In this document: piece after piece, positions 12,844 to 22,284 of the stretch
Numbering within the stretch: the stretch's first letter is position 1
Layout: every line of letters begins with the position of its first letter
NCBI GenBank assembly: GCA_963736895.1
Contig: CAVTQU010000008.1
Span: 7,679-71,678, forward strand
Origin: an uncultured Chloroflexia bacterium
GTDB lineage: Bacteria > Chloroflexota > Limnocylindria > Limnocylindrales > CSP1-4
Length of the DNA: 64,000 bases
Direction: 5' to 3'
The notes under the pieces: generated by a model
What the model was told of the DNA's origin: nothing
The model's database searches: none
The model's input: only the letters and a program-made list of their open reading frames with translations
Made by a program: the position numbers and the translations under genes

Positions 12844-14125
12844 CTACGGCAACGCCGATGGTGCAGGAGACGCTGCAGCCGATGGTGCGGCAGCCGATGG
12901 AGCCGGCGACGTCGCGCCCGATGCCGGCGGCGAAGCAGCCCCGGATGCGGTTGGACCGCCTTGCTGGAGGACGATATCGACGTGCATTGTCGTGTAGTGG
13001 CCCGGCACCGTGCAGGCGAACTGCGGGCTGGCGGCCGCAAGCTGATTGACGGTCAGCGGGACGTCCTCCGTGGAGCCCGCGGGAAGGTCGACGCCGGGCA
13101 GTTCGTTCTCTTGAGGAGCAGCGGCCAGTTCGTCGCTCGATCCAAGGTGGAAGTTGTGGGCCAGCGTCGACGGGTTGGTTACGTGGAACTCGACGGTCTC
13201 GCCCTGGAGAACGGCAACTGCCGTAAGCGGCTGCTGGGTGGTTGGATCGACCCACTGCAGATTGGCGGTCGCCTCGATATTGATGACGCGCGGATTCTCG
13301 ACGGTGCCGGGGCTGGTGATGGGAGCCGGCGTGGCAACAGGTCCACTGGCGGCGGGTGCCCGCCAGCACGCTGGGACAGGAGTTGAGCCCGGCGGAGGCG
13401 TGAAGTTCGGGTCGCGCCAACCCTCGACGTCGACATTGGGCGCCTGCGTCGCGCCGCCTTCTGGATGCGGCGGCACGTAGGTGAAGTCGGTGTCCGACGA
13501 GGCCGTGATCCACGCGATCAGCTCCGCCACCTGGCGATAGTTGAGCGGCCCGGCTGGGTTGAGCCACGCGGGCATGACGCTGTTCGGATCGCCGCACACG
13601 TAGCGACCGCCGACTGAAAGGACATTGTTCAGGTAGTTCGGATTGAGGTGGCCGGTGCCGGGCAGACCCTGGGGAGTAAGCGCGTTGAACAGCTTCATCT
13701 GGTCGTTGAGCGGCGGTCCGACTCCGCCTTCGCCGTTGTTTCCATGGCAGCGCGCGCAGTTGGCAAGGAACAGCGCGTAGCCGCGCGACACATCGGTCAC
13801 GTACTGCTGGTCGGCCTCCTTCTGGAGTCGGCCCTCGATGCCGAGCACCGGCAGGCCGATGTCGTACAGCCAGTAGATGGGGATGAACAGGATGAAGATC
13901 AGCACGGCCAGGAACGCGACCATCCGGCCGTTGCTGCTCTGGCGAACGACCTGCGCGGCACGCTCCTCGGTCAGGCCGACGCTGTGCGTCTGCTCGCCGG
14001 ACGAGAAGCGCTCTGGAAACGATTCTGTCGCAGGTTCGGGTACGGGACGATTCGCGCGGGGCGACGGCGCCTTCCTGCTCTTCCGGACGCGGCGTCAGCT
14101 CGCGACCGGTTCGATCCTCTGTCAC
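12844..14125 (-). CDS. Membrane-anchored cytochrome c - cupredoxin fusion (one indel near 5' end)
   Basis: TM helix, CARCH heme motif with distal VMPAW Met, C-terminal HNFH...CTVPGHYTTM type-1 copper ligands; GTG at 14125 overlaps the Rieske stop. Confidence 0.85.
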
Positions 14126-14790
14126 ACGCAGCCCGTTGGTGATCGGGCGGGAATAAGGCCGGGCTGGCCGAGAGCCACCGGGAGCGGGCCAAGCGTCAGG
14201 CGCGACGTGTCGACCGTCAGGACGCCGGCTTCAATCGTGTGCGCAAATCGGTCGAGGCTGCGCGGCGCGGGACCGAGCTCCTGGACCTTCGTGCCCAAGC
14301 GGTCGTAACGCGACCCGTGGCACGGGCACTCGAACCAGTAGTTGGTCGTGCAGAAGTTGGGCTTGCAGCCCAGGTGCGGGCAGCGCTGATAGAGCGTCCG
14401 CACGTTGGTGTTCGCGCCGGATCCGTCGGCGCTCGTGCCGTCCACAAACCCGCGCGCGGGATCGATGAGCTGGACGTAGGTGCGGGCAACCGAGAAGTAG
14501 GACGGAGCCCCGTCGGAGAGCGTCACGCCCTGCACCGCGGGGTTGCCCGAAACAACGGCCATGTCACCCAGGGTGAGCGCGCCGCCAAAGCCGCGCGACA
14601 GGTTGGGCCACAGGAAGCCGAGGATGCCGCCGGTCAGCTCCAGCAGCCACAGCGAAACGCCGAAGCCGATCGAGCGGCGAATCAGCGTTCGTCGCGACAT
14701 GCCCGCAGGACGGCCCTGGCGCATCTCGCGCAGGACGTCCCTGGTCAGCGTCCGCGGCTCTTGCCAGCGAGCCAGCTTCCAATTACCCAT
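14122..14790 (-). CDS. Rieske [2Fe-2S] subunit of Rieske/cytochrome b complex
   Basis: Tat-like SRRTLIR plus TM helix; CPHLGC and CPCHGSRY boxes; GPAPRSLDRF. Confidence 0.95.
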   Translation of the reverse strand: MGNWKLARWQEPRTLTRDVLREMRQGRPAGMSRRTLIRRSIGFGVSLWLLELTGGILGFLWPNLSRGFGGALTLGDMAVVSGNPAVQGVTLSDGAPSYFSVARTYVQLIDPARGFVDGTSADGSGANTNVRTLYQRCPHLGCKPNFCTTNYWFECPCHGSRYDRLGTKVQELGPAPRSLDRFAHTIEAGVLTVDTSRLTLGPLPVALGQPGLIPARSPTGCV

Positions 14791-15444
14791 TTAGAGCGCG
14801 AACCACAGTCCGTTCTCCCACGGCACGGTGAAGGCGTAGCCGGGGCCACGGAAGAAGGCGCCAAGGAAGGTGATCACCAGTCCGGCGGCGCAGAACATAG
14901 TGAACAGGACTACGCCCAGCTTGCGATCGCGCGGATGAGACGAGCCACCATCGCCGCGTGGCCCGCGGTCGATGTACGGGATCACCATGATCGCCGCGAA
15001 GATCGTGACGATCGGGATGGCACCGGCGACCGTCGGGTGGAAGTAGGCCAGCAGCTCCTGGATGCCAACCAGGTACCACGGCGCCTTGGCCACGGCCGGG
15101 GTCACGTTCGGATTGGCCAGCTCCTCGAGTGGCGCGTTGACGAACACGCCCATCAGCAGCAGGAAGACGCTCATCACCGCCGCCGCGAAGAACTCGATCG
15201 ACAGAAGGTGCGGCCAGGTCATGACCGTGTCGTCCGGTTCCTTCTGAACGCGAACCACGGCGTCCTGCTTGACCAGCGCCAGCAGCCGGTATGGCTTGGC
15301 GGCCATCGGTACGCGCTGCTTGTCGATCTCGGTCGTTCGCCGCTCCGGCGGCGCGGCTGGAAGCGCTGTCCGGCGCGACGGCGCGGACGGCTCCTCCTTG
15401 GTAGTAGTCGGTAGTCGCTGCTCGGGCTTCTTCTCGTCAGTCAT
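14791..15444 (-). CDS. Cytochrome b6 subunit IV / cytochrome b C-terminal subunit (PetD-like)
   Basis: WPHLL, APLEELANPNVTP, KAPWY (PEWY position), three TM helices, PYIDR. Confidence 0.85.
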   Translation of the reverse strand: MTDEKKPEQRLPTTTKEEPSAPSRRTALPAAPPERRTTEIDKQRVPMAAKPYRLLALVKQDAVVRVQKEPDDTVMTWPHLLSIEFFAAAVMSVFLLLMGVFVNAPLEELANPNVTPAVAKAPWYLVGIQELLAYFHPTVAGAIPIVTIFAAIMVIPYIDRGPRGDGGSSHPRDRKLGVVLFTMFCAAGLVITFLGAFFRGPGYAFTVPWENGLWFAL

Positions 15445-15455
15445 CGATCACTCAC

Positions 15456-16184
15456 CTACAGCGGGCCGGAGATGCCGCCGTCCTTCCGGATCCTCCAGAA
15501 GTGGACGGCGAGGAACACAGCGACAGTCAGCGGTAAGAGGATCACGTGGAGCACGTAGAAGCGTAAGAGGGTGTTCTGGCTGACCTCGATGCCGCCGAAG
15601 ATCAGCAGCTGCGACGGCCGCGACAGCAGCGGCACGTACGAGGCGATGTTGTTGCCGATGGTGATCGCCCAGAACGCGATCTGGTCCCACGGCAGCAGGT
15701 AGCCGGTGAACGACAGCGCGATCGTGAAGAAGAGCAGCAGCGTGCCGATCACCCAGTTGAACTCGCGCGGCGGCTTGTAGGCCCCGTGGTAGAAGACCCG
15801 CATCATGTGCAGGAAGACGAAGAAGACCATCAGGTGGGCGCCCCAGCGATGGATGTTTCGCGTGAGCAGCCCGAATGGAACTTCGGCCTGGATGCGCAGG
15901 ATGTCGTCGTAGGCGGACGTCGACGATGGGACGTAGAAGAACATCAGGAAGACGCCCGTCACGGTCAGCACCAGGAAGAAGAAGAACGACAGGCCGCCGA
16001 GGCAGAACGTGTAGGCGAACTTGACCGCGTGCTGCCGCACCCGCACCGGGTGGATGTGCAGGAACACGTTGTTCATGACCGCGTAGGCACGCGATCGCTC
16101 GTCGGCGGGGTATGGCTGCCTGAAAAGCGACCGGAAAAGCGCGCTGCGCCGCAGTGCGGTGTCCACGCGCTCGAGGAAGCTCAA
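15456..16184 (-). CDS. Cytochrome b6-type N-terminal cytochrome b (PetB/QcrB-like)
   Basis: FCLGG (heme ci Cys), RNIHRWGAH...[34 protein letters not shown]-x14-H. Confidence 0.95.
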   Translation of the reverse strand: MSFLERVDTALRRSALFRSLFRQPYPADERSRAYAVMNNVFLHIHPVRVRQHAVKFAYTFCLGGLSFFFFLVLTVTGVFLMFFYVPSSTSAYDDILRIQAEVPFGLLTRNIHRWGAHLMVFFVFLHMMRVFYHGAYKPPREFNWVIGTLLLFFTIALSFTGYLLPWDQIAFWAITIGNNIASYVPLLSRPSQLLIFGGIEVSQNTLLRFYVLHVILLPLTVAVFLAVHFWRIRKDGGISGPL

Positions 16185-18034
16185 CGAACAAATCCTCCAG
16201 CCGTCTCGCGGTTACCGATGCCGAGCAGCCCAAGCTGGGTGTCGCGGTAGCTCTCCTTGTAGAGGCGACCGTCGCTGCTTATCTCCTGGAGCTCGAACCG
16301 CTCCATGGTAATGGCGTCATACGGGCATCGTTTCACGCACAGTGCGCAACGGATGCAGCGCTCCTCGTCGAGGACCATCGCGGCGCCGTCCGACCAGCCG
16401 TAGGCATCGACCAGCTCGGGCAGCGGCCCCTCCGATTTCATCTGGTTGATGTCGATCATGTGGATCACGCCTTCGGGGCACACGTCGGCGCACGCACCGC
16501 AGAGCACGCAGCGGAAACCGTCGAACCAGATGTTGTAGTTGCACATCAGACAGCGCGTGCTTTCGGTGACGGCCTGGCTGGTGGTGTAGCCCTTCTCCAC
16601 GGGAGTGGTGAAGTTGACATGCGGGTCAGTGGACGGCATCCGTGCCTGCACCTGGATCATGGGCACGTGGACGCGCGGCAGGACGTCGTAGAAATCGGGC
16701 ATCTCGTGGCGCCACGAGCTGACGATGCGGACGTTGGCGTCGACATCGACCTCGCGCCGGCCGGACAGGTAGCGGTCAACGGCATATGCGCACTTCTTGC
16801 CGTGGCCCGCGGCCTCGATCAGGGTCGTCGGTCCCGTGACGAAGTCGCCGCATGCGAACACGCCGCGTACGTTGGTGGCGTAGGTGCCCGGGTCGACGCG
16901 GACACGGCCGCGGTTGATCTCGAAGCTCGACTCGACGGGCAGGAAGGTGTTGTCGGCGGCCTGGCTGACAGCCGGGATGACCGTGTCGGCCTTGATCTCG
17001 AACTCGCTGCCCGGGATGGGCACCGGTGCACGGCGGCCGGTGGCATCGGGCTCGCCAAGGCGGTTGCGGATGAACTTCACGGCCGCGACGTTGCCGTCGT
17101 CGTCGCCGATGATCTCGACCGGGCTGACCAGGAACTCCATGTGAACGCCTTCGCGCTCGGTCTCGCCCAGCTCCTCCTCGTCCACGACCAGCTCTGATCG
17201 GGTGCGGCGGTAGGCGATGGTCACGTTCTCGGCGCCGTAGCGCAGGCTGGTGCGCGAGCAGTCCATCGCGGTGTAGCCGCCGCCGATGACCACCACGTCG
17301 TTGCCGACCGTCAGCGGCTCGCCCAGGTTGGCGATCTTCATGTAGTCGACGCCGTACTGGATGCCCTTCAGGTCGCCCCCGGGCACGTCCAGCGGAACGG
17401 CGTCCATCGCTCCGGCGCAGATGGCGATGGCGTCGTAGTCCTCCATCAGCTGCTCGAACGTGATGTCACGCCCGATGCGCACGCCATACCGGAAACGAAC
17501 GCCCAGCCGCTCCACCAGCTTGAGATCCATCTCGATGGCCTCGCGCGGAAGGCGGAAGGCGGGGACGCCGATGAGCATCGTGCCGCCGCCATAGGGCAGC
17601 TCGTCGAAGACCGTGACCTGGTGTCCGGCAGTGGCCAGCTCCCGCGCCACGGCGACGCCAGCAGGGCCGGCGCCCACCACGGCCACGGTCGTGTCGCGGG
17701 GCGTGATCTGTGGCATGTCGTCGGGGATGCCGCTCGCCTGGTGCCACTCCACGAGGAAACGCTTCATGGCGCGGATCGCCAGCGGCCGATCGATGTCGCC
17801 GCGGCGGCAGGCGCGCTCACAGGGCGCGGAACAGACGTAGGCACACATCGCGGCGACCGGATTCGGCTCGCGCGACAGGATGTAGCCCTCTTCGAATTGG
17901 CCTTCGGCCGCAAGGTTCAGGTAACCGCGGCAGTTGGTCCCGACTGGGCACGCTTCCTGGCACTCAATATTGCACTGGAGCCAGGAGGCGTCGACAGGCT
18001 GAACCAGGAATTCCTGGTTGGGGTCGATTGCCAA
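16181..18034 (-). CDS. NAD(P)H-dependent FAD/Fe-S oxidoreductase, GltD/NfnB/DsrL-like, with C-terminal 2x[4Fe-4S] ferredoxin
   Basis: CQEACP...[28 protein letters not shown]...[43 protein letters not shown]. Confidence 0.9.
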   Translation of the reverse strand: MAIDPNQEFLVQPVDASWLQCNIECQEACPVGTNCRGYLNLAAEGQFEEGYILSREPNPVAAMCAYVCSAPCERACRRGDIDRPLAIRAMKRFLVEWHQASGIPDDMPQITPRDTTVAVVGAGPAGVAVARELATAGHQVTVFDELPYGGGTMLIGVPAFRLPREAIEMDLKLVERLGVRFRYGVRIGRDITFEQLMEDYDAIAICAGAMDAVPLDVPGGDLKGIQYGVDYMKIANLGEPLTVGNDVVVIGGGYTAMDCSRTSLRYGAENVTIAYRRTRSELVVDEEELGETEREGVHMEFLVSPVEIIGDDDGNVAAVKFIRNRLGEPDATGRRAPVPIPGSEFEIKADTVIPAVSQAADNTFLPVESSFEINRGRVRVDPGTYATNVRGVFACGDFVTGPTTLIEAAGHGKKCAYAVDRYLSGRREVDVDANVRIVSSWRHEMPDFYDVLPRVHVPMIQVQARMPSTDPHVNFTTPVEKGYTTSQAVTESTRCLMCNYNIWFDGFRCVLCGACADVCPEGVIHMIDINQMKSEGPLPELVDAYGWSDGAAMVLDEERCIRCALCVKRCPYDAITMERFELQEISSDGRLYKESYRDTQLGLLGIGNRETAGGFVR

Positions 18035-18222
18035 GTGGTCTGACCTCTCAGAAGCGCAGGCTGGGCACGATTTTGGGGCAATTTCAGCGCGATTTGGAGC
18101 TTGCGAGGCGCGTTTTTACGGCGCTTTTCGCGAGCACGATCGTATCACCGCAAGCGTCAAGGCCGCAGGCCTGTGGAGGTTGCTGCCGCGTTCTCAGATG
18201 CCACTCCATGTAACGCTAGGTC

Positions 18223-19692
18223 GTGATGCGGGCTCAGTCACGAGCAGATAGGCCGTCGCCCACGCTCAGCCCCATCGAGGAAGTCGGCTTCTGGGTCGAT
18301 TTCGGGTCGGAAACTCGACTTACCGTTGCGTCCATTGGAATTCGAGAAGAGGCGACCCTCGACGGTCAAGGATTCGAGCCTGGCCCGTGGTACCAGCCGT
18401 ATGGACGAGGGTCACGTAGACGCGCCATGGGAGCGGACGTAGGCTCGCCTCCCATGTCAAGCGCCGATTTCGAGGTGCCGGACGCTCGACCGAGCGCTGC
18501 GCCGGCAGTCAACACGCCCGTGGCGGCGAGCATCGGTGGGCCGTGCGCGCCGGCTCGTGCGGAGGTCGATTCGCGCTGTGCCGCTGCCGATCGCCTTCTC
18601 GCAGCCGCCCAGACGCATCAGGTAACGCTGCGCGAGGCGCGACGTCAGCTTTCCGACGCGACGCGCCAGCGCGAGGCCGACTCGTACCTGCGCGACAACA
18701 GACGCCAGCGTGACGAAAAGCTCGCCGCGCAGGGCGACTACCACGTTGCCGTCGCAAGAGCCAGCGACGAAGCCGATCTGCGTGACGCGGCGGCGACCTG
18801 GATGCACAGGCTCGACCAGTTGAACAGGCAGGCCCGCGACGCGAACAGACGCGCCGAGGGCTTGGCCCAGCGAGTCTCCGAGATCGAGCGGACCCTGCCT
18901 GGCCTCGAGCTGGCCGCCGACGCGGCGCGCATCTCGGCCGAGACAGCGGAGGAAGCGTGCCTGACAGCGCGCCGGACCCTCGCGGCATGCGAGGAACAGA
19001 CGAGCCCACGGCCCGTCGCGGCAACCAACGGATCGCCGGCAACTGCGGCCGCGTACACCGACACGGTCAGCGCGACGCCGACGAGCGATATCGAGGCACG
19101 AGCCCGCGCCTGGGCCGAAGCGGACGGTGTGAAGGCGGCGGCTCACGCCCTCATGAGCGGCGACCGTCAGGCCTTGCTCGGTCTTGCGTTGCGTGCCGCC
19201 GAGGAAACTGGCATCGAGGCCGGGCGACTTCAACTCCTGCTGATCGAGCTTCGCGAACAGATAAGAACGCGCGCGTTGGAGGACTCGGCGCTGGAGCTGC
19301 CGTCCGACCACCCGTTCTGGAGCCAGTTCTCGCCCGCGGCAGTCGGTGAGATCGTCCGCAGCCTGGCATCGATGGGCTATCGCTTCGACGGTGCAGGCGG
19401 CTGGGCCGACCACCACGCCCCGCAGACTCGGGACCTCGCGCTTGCCCTGTCGTACTGCGGCTACGACCCGCGCGGGCTGCGGCGTCCTGCCGGCCAGGCG
19501 GCGATCGATGCCCTGTGGCAGGGTGCGTCCGTACGGACGGAGGACTACCTCGTGTCGCACGCTCCTGATCTTTCGCTCGAGCAGCTGGTCGAGCTGCTGG
19601 GACCCAGCTCGAGTCGCCTATCGGAGCTGTGGGACATCTGGGGACGCTTGCGCCCCCTGTTGATGAAAGCCGGAAACCCGACTTCCTTGTAG
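18223..19692 (+). CDS. Hypothetical protein with long coiled-coil region (true start possibly ATG 18427)
   Basis: 489-aa open frame with protein-like composition, helical Ala/Arg/Glu-rich middle and globular C-terminus. Confidence 0.65.
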   Translation: MMRAQSRADRPSPTLSPIEEVGFWVDFGSETRLTVASIGIREEATLDGQGFEPGPWYQPYGRGSRRRAMGADVGSPPMSSADFEVPDARPSAAPAVNTPVAASIGGPCAPARAEVDSRCAAADRLLAAAQTHQVTLREARRQLSDATRQREADSYLRDNRRQRDEKLAAQGDYHVAVARASDEADLRDAAATWMHRLDQLNRQARDANRRAEGLAQRVSEIERTLPGLELAADAARISAETAEEACLTARRTLAACEEQTSPRPVAATNGSPATAAAYTDTVSATPTSDIEARARAWAEADGVKAAAHALMSGDRQALLGLALRAAEETGIEAGRLQLLLIELREQIRTRALEDSALELPSDHPFWSQFSPAAVGEIVRSLASMGYRFDGAGGWADHHAPQTRDLALALSYCGYDPRGLRRPAGQAAIDALWQGASVRTEDYLVSHAPDLSLEQLVELLGPSSSRLSELWDIWGRLRPLLMKAGNPTSL

Positions 19693-19696
19693 CCAG

Positions 19697-19731
19697 CTTC
19701 GCAGCTCGCCTGCGGGCGGCTGCTACGCGTC
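19697..19731 (-). repeat. GTAG-type REP-like palindromic repeat, copy 1
   Basis: Reverse complement of 19707-19731 is identical to 40238-40262 (gacgcgtagcagccgcccgcaggcg); intergenic; GTAG followed by an imperfect hairpin. Confidence 0.7.
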
Positions 19732-19778
19732 GACTCGCGACCACGCGAAACGCGGTTGCCGCTTCGTCTCCTTGTTAG

Positions 19779-20534
19779 CTAGCCGACTTCTAGGTAGCGG
19801 AACACCTCAGCCGCGCCGACACCGATCTCCTTGCCGGCCTCGGCCGACCAACCGCGCAGCATCCCCTCGAGCTCCTCGGGCTTGCGCAGCTGGCTGACGT
19901 GCTGCTGGAGCGCCTCGATCTTGGTATCGATCGTGTCGGTCACATCCACGAAGGTGTTGGGCACCTCGCAAAAGAAGAGGAAGAGCTGCTTCACCGTGTG
20001 GGGTTCGAGGCCCTCGTCGATTACCAGGTGAGGAAACGCCATCGCGTTCCTCGACGCCGGGTAGACCGCGTCGACAGCCGCCATGGCGGCCTGGCGATGG
20101 TCGACATGCTGGATGGAGCCGCGTGAATGGACGATCACGCTCGGGTCCATGCACAGGACTGCATCGGGCTTGAACTGACGGATGATCCGAACGAGCTGCT
20201 CGCGGAGCGCCAGATCGTTCTCCAACGCCCCGTCCGGTCGATGCAGGAAGTCGACGCCCTCGTAGCCGACCACACGGGCCGCTCCCCGTTGCTCATCCTC
20301 ACGGCGGCGGGCCAGCTCGAGCGGATCCGTTCGGGCGTCGTCGGCACCGGCGTCGCCGCTGGTGCAGCAGACCATGCGACCGACCGTGCCCTCTCGTATC
20401 CACTTGGCCATCGTGCCGGCGACGCCGAAATCGGCGTCATCGGGGTGGGCGACGATCACCAGCGCTCGGTCTGGCCTGTCGGTGTAGGGAGTCTTCTTTT
20501 CGGTTGTCTCGGTGGTCGCGTCTTCGTCGGTCAT
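19779..20534 (-). CDS. PIG-L/LmbE-family deacetylase
   Basis: VIVAHPDDADFG, TSGDAG, RRREDEQ, HVDHR, KIEALQQHVSQ. Confidence 0.9.
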   Translation of the reverse strand: MTDEDATTETTEKKTPYTDRPDRALVIVAHPDDADFGVAGTMAKWIREGTVGRMVCCTSGDAGADDARTDPLELARRREDEQRGAARVVGYEGVDFLHRPDGALENDLALREQLVRIIRQFKPDAVLCMDPSVIVHSRGSIQHVDHRQAAMAAVDAVYPASRNAMAFPHLVIDEGLEPHTVKQLFLFFCEVPNTFVDVTDTIDTKIEALQQHVSQLRKPEELEGMLRGWSAEAGKEIGVGAAEVFRYLEVG

Positions 20535-20667
20535 CTCATTGCCATTTCGCGGTTAACAGAGGACACATTTCGGGGCTGAAATACGCATGTAATGTTGCCT
20601 TGCACGCACGTAACGAATGTGTATGCTTCGGCCGAGACATCGCTCGTCTCCCCCCACGGGCGATGTC

Positions 20668-21180
20668 TCAATTTGTGCTCACCGGAACGCGCTCCGAACG
20701 CTCCTCATCGAGTGCGGCCAGAACCTCCGCAGCATGCCCTTCGGGCTTCACCTTTGGCCACGCGCGCGCGATCTTTCCATCCGGGTCAATCAGGAAAGTC
20801 GAGCGCTTCACGCCCCAGTAAGTGCGGCCATAGTTCTGCTTCTCGACCCACGTCCCGTAACGCTCCGCGACCTCGTGATTCTCGTCGGCGAGGAGCGTGA
20901 ACGGCAGCCCGAACTTCGCTTTGAACGCAGCCTTGCTGCCCGAGCCCAGGATGCTCACGCCCCACACCTCTGCGTCGCGATCGGCCATGTCCGAGTCACG
21001 GTCACGGAACTCGCAAGCTTCAATGGTGCAGCCGGTCGTGTCGTCCTTTGGATAGAAATACAGGACGACCCATTTTCCACGCTCGTCGGCCAGGCGCCGT
21101 TCGGTGCCCGTGTCGTCGGGCAGCACCACGTCCGGCGCTGGATCACCCACCTTGGGCATGCCGGGCAATTGTTCGTCCAT
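20668..21180 (-). CDS. bcp: Thioredoxin-dependent thiol peroxidase (BCP/PrxQ)
   Basis: LYFYPKDDTTGCTIEACEFRD, RSTFLIDPDG, VKPEGHA. Confidence 0.92.
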   Translation of the reverse strand: MDEQLPGMPKVGDPAPDVVLPDDTGTERRLADERGKWVVLYFYPKDDTTGCTIEACEFRDRDSDMADRDAEVWGVSILGSGSKAAFKAKFGLPFTLLADENHEVAERYGTWVEKQNYGRTYWGVKRSTFLIDPDGKIARAWPKVKPEGHAAEVLAALDEERSERVPVSTN

Positions 21181-21203
21181 CGCGCCTCCCATTCACGCTC
21201 ACT

Positions 21204-22284
21204 CTACGTCAATGGCAGGAGAACGACGCCCGACGGGTCGACCAACAGACGCACCCGATCACCCACCTTCGGCACGGGCCAGTCGGTGTGGACTTCCAGC
21301 GTGGTGGCCGTGTCAGCGGAGGCAGCGGCTTCGTCTGATCCAGCGACGGCGACGCGCATCAGCGTGTAGTCGCCACGAAAGGCGGTCGACATGACCACGG
21401 CCTCGACGGCACCGACGTCTTCGTCGGCAGCCGGCCGGAAGGCGTCGGGTCGAATGAGGAGGCGGTGCCGTCCGTCTGTGGCTGGCGGGGGGTTCGTGGC
21501 GTCAGCCCCAATAAACGCGAAAGTGCCCAGGGCGGTCTTCGCTCGGCCGTCGACAACGTCCGCATCGAGGATGTTGTTGAGACCCAGGAAACGCGCCACG
21601 AATTCGTTGGGCGGCCGCCGCCAAAGCTCCTGCGGCGGCAGGACGGCCTCGACACGTCCGGCATGCATGACGGCCACCCGGTCGCCGATCGCCAGCGCCT
21701 CCTCGTGATCGTGCGTGACGTAGACGATCGGCAGGCTGAGCTGCTCGAACAGCCCGTGGAGCTCGTCGAGCAGGCTTCGCCGCAGGGCGCGGTCGAGTGC
21801 CCCCAGCGGCTCGTCGAGCATCAGCAGGCGCGGCCGTGGCGCCAGCGCTCGTGCCAAAGCCACGCGCTGCTGCTCGCCACCGGAGAGCTGGCCCGTCAGT
21901 CGCGACTCGAAGCCGCGCAGCCCAACGAGTGTTAGGACCTCGGCCACACGCGTGCGACGTTCCGCGTCCGCTTGCGCCCGTCGTGGCCAAGCCGAATCCC
22001 ACGTTGCCGGCAACGTCGAGATGCGGAAACAGCACGTAGTCCTGGAACATCAGGCCGAACCCGCGGCGGTGGACGGGCACGTCGGCAAGGTCCTGACCGT
22101 CCCACGAGATGACGCCGGTGGCGAGTGGCTCCAGGCCGCTGATCGCGCGCAAGAGCGTGGACTTCCCCGAGCCGCTTGGGCCGAGCACGCTGAGCCGCTC
22201 GCCGTCGCGAACCTCGAGAGTGACGTCATCCACGGCCGTCGCCGCGCCGAAGCGGACGGTGACGTTGTCGATCCGGAGCGTCAC
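21204..22284 (-). CDS. thiQ: Thiamine ABC transporter ATP-binding subunit (frameshifted)
   Basis: GPSGSGKS, LFPHLDV, LSGGEQQRVALARAL, LDEP; last gene of the TPP-riboswitch operon. Confidence 0.8.

Noticed and set aside
14239-17197. Long plus-strand ORFs (14239..15414, 16154..17197) and similar antisense ORFs throughout
   Set aside because: Shadow frames of well-supported opposite-strand genes in high-GC DNA
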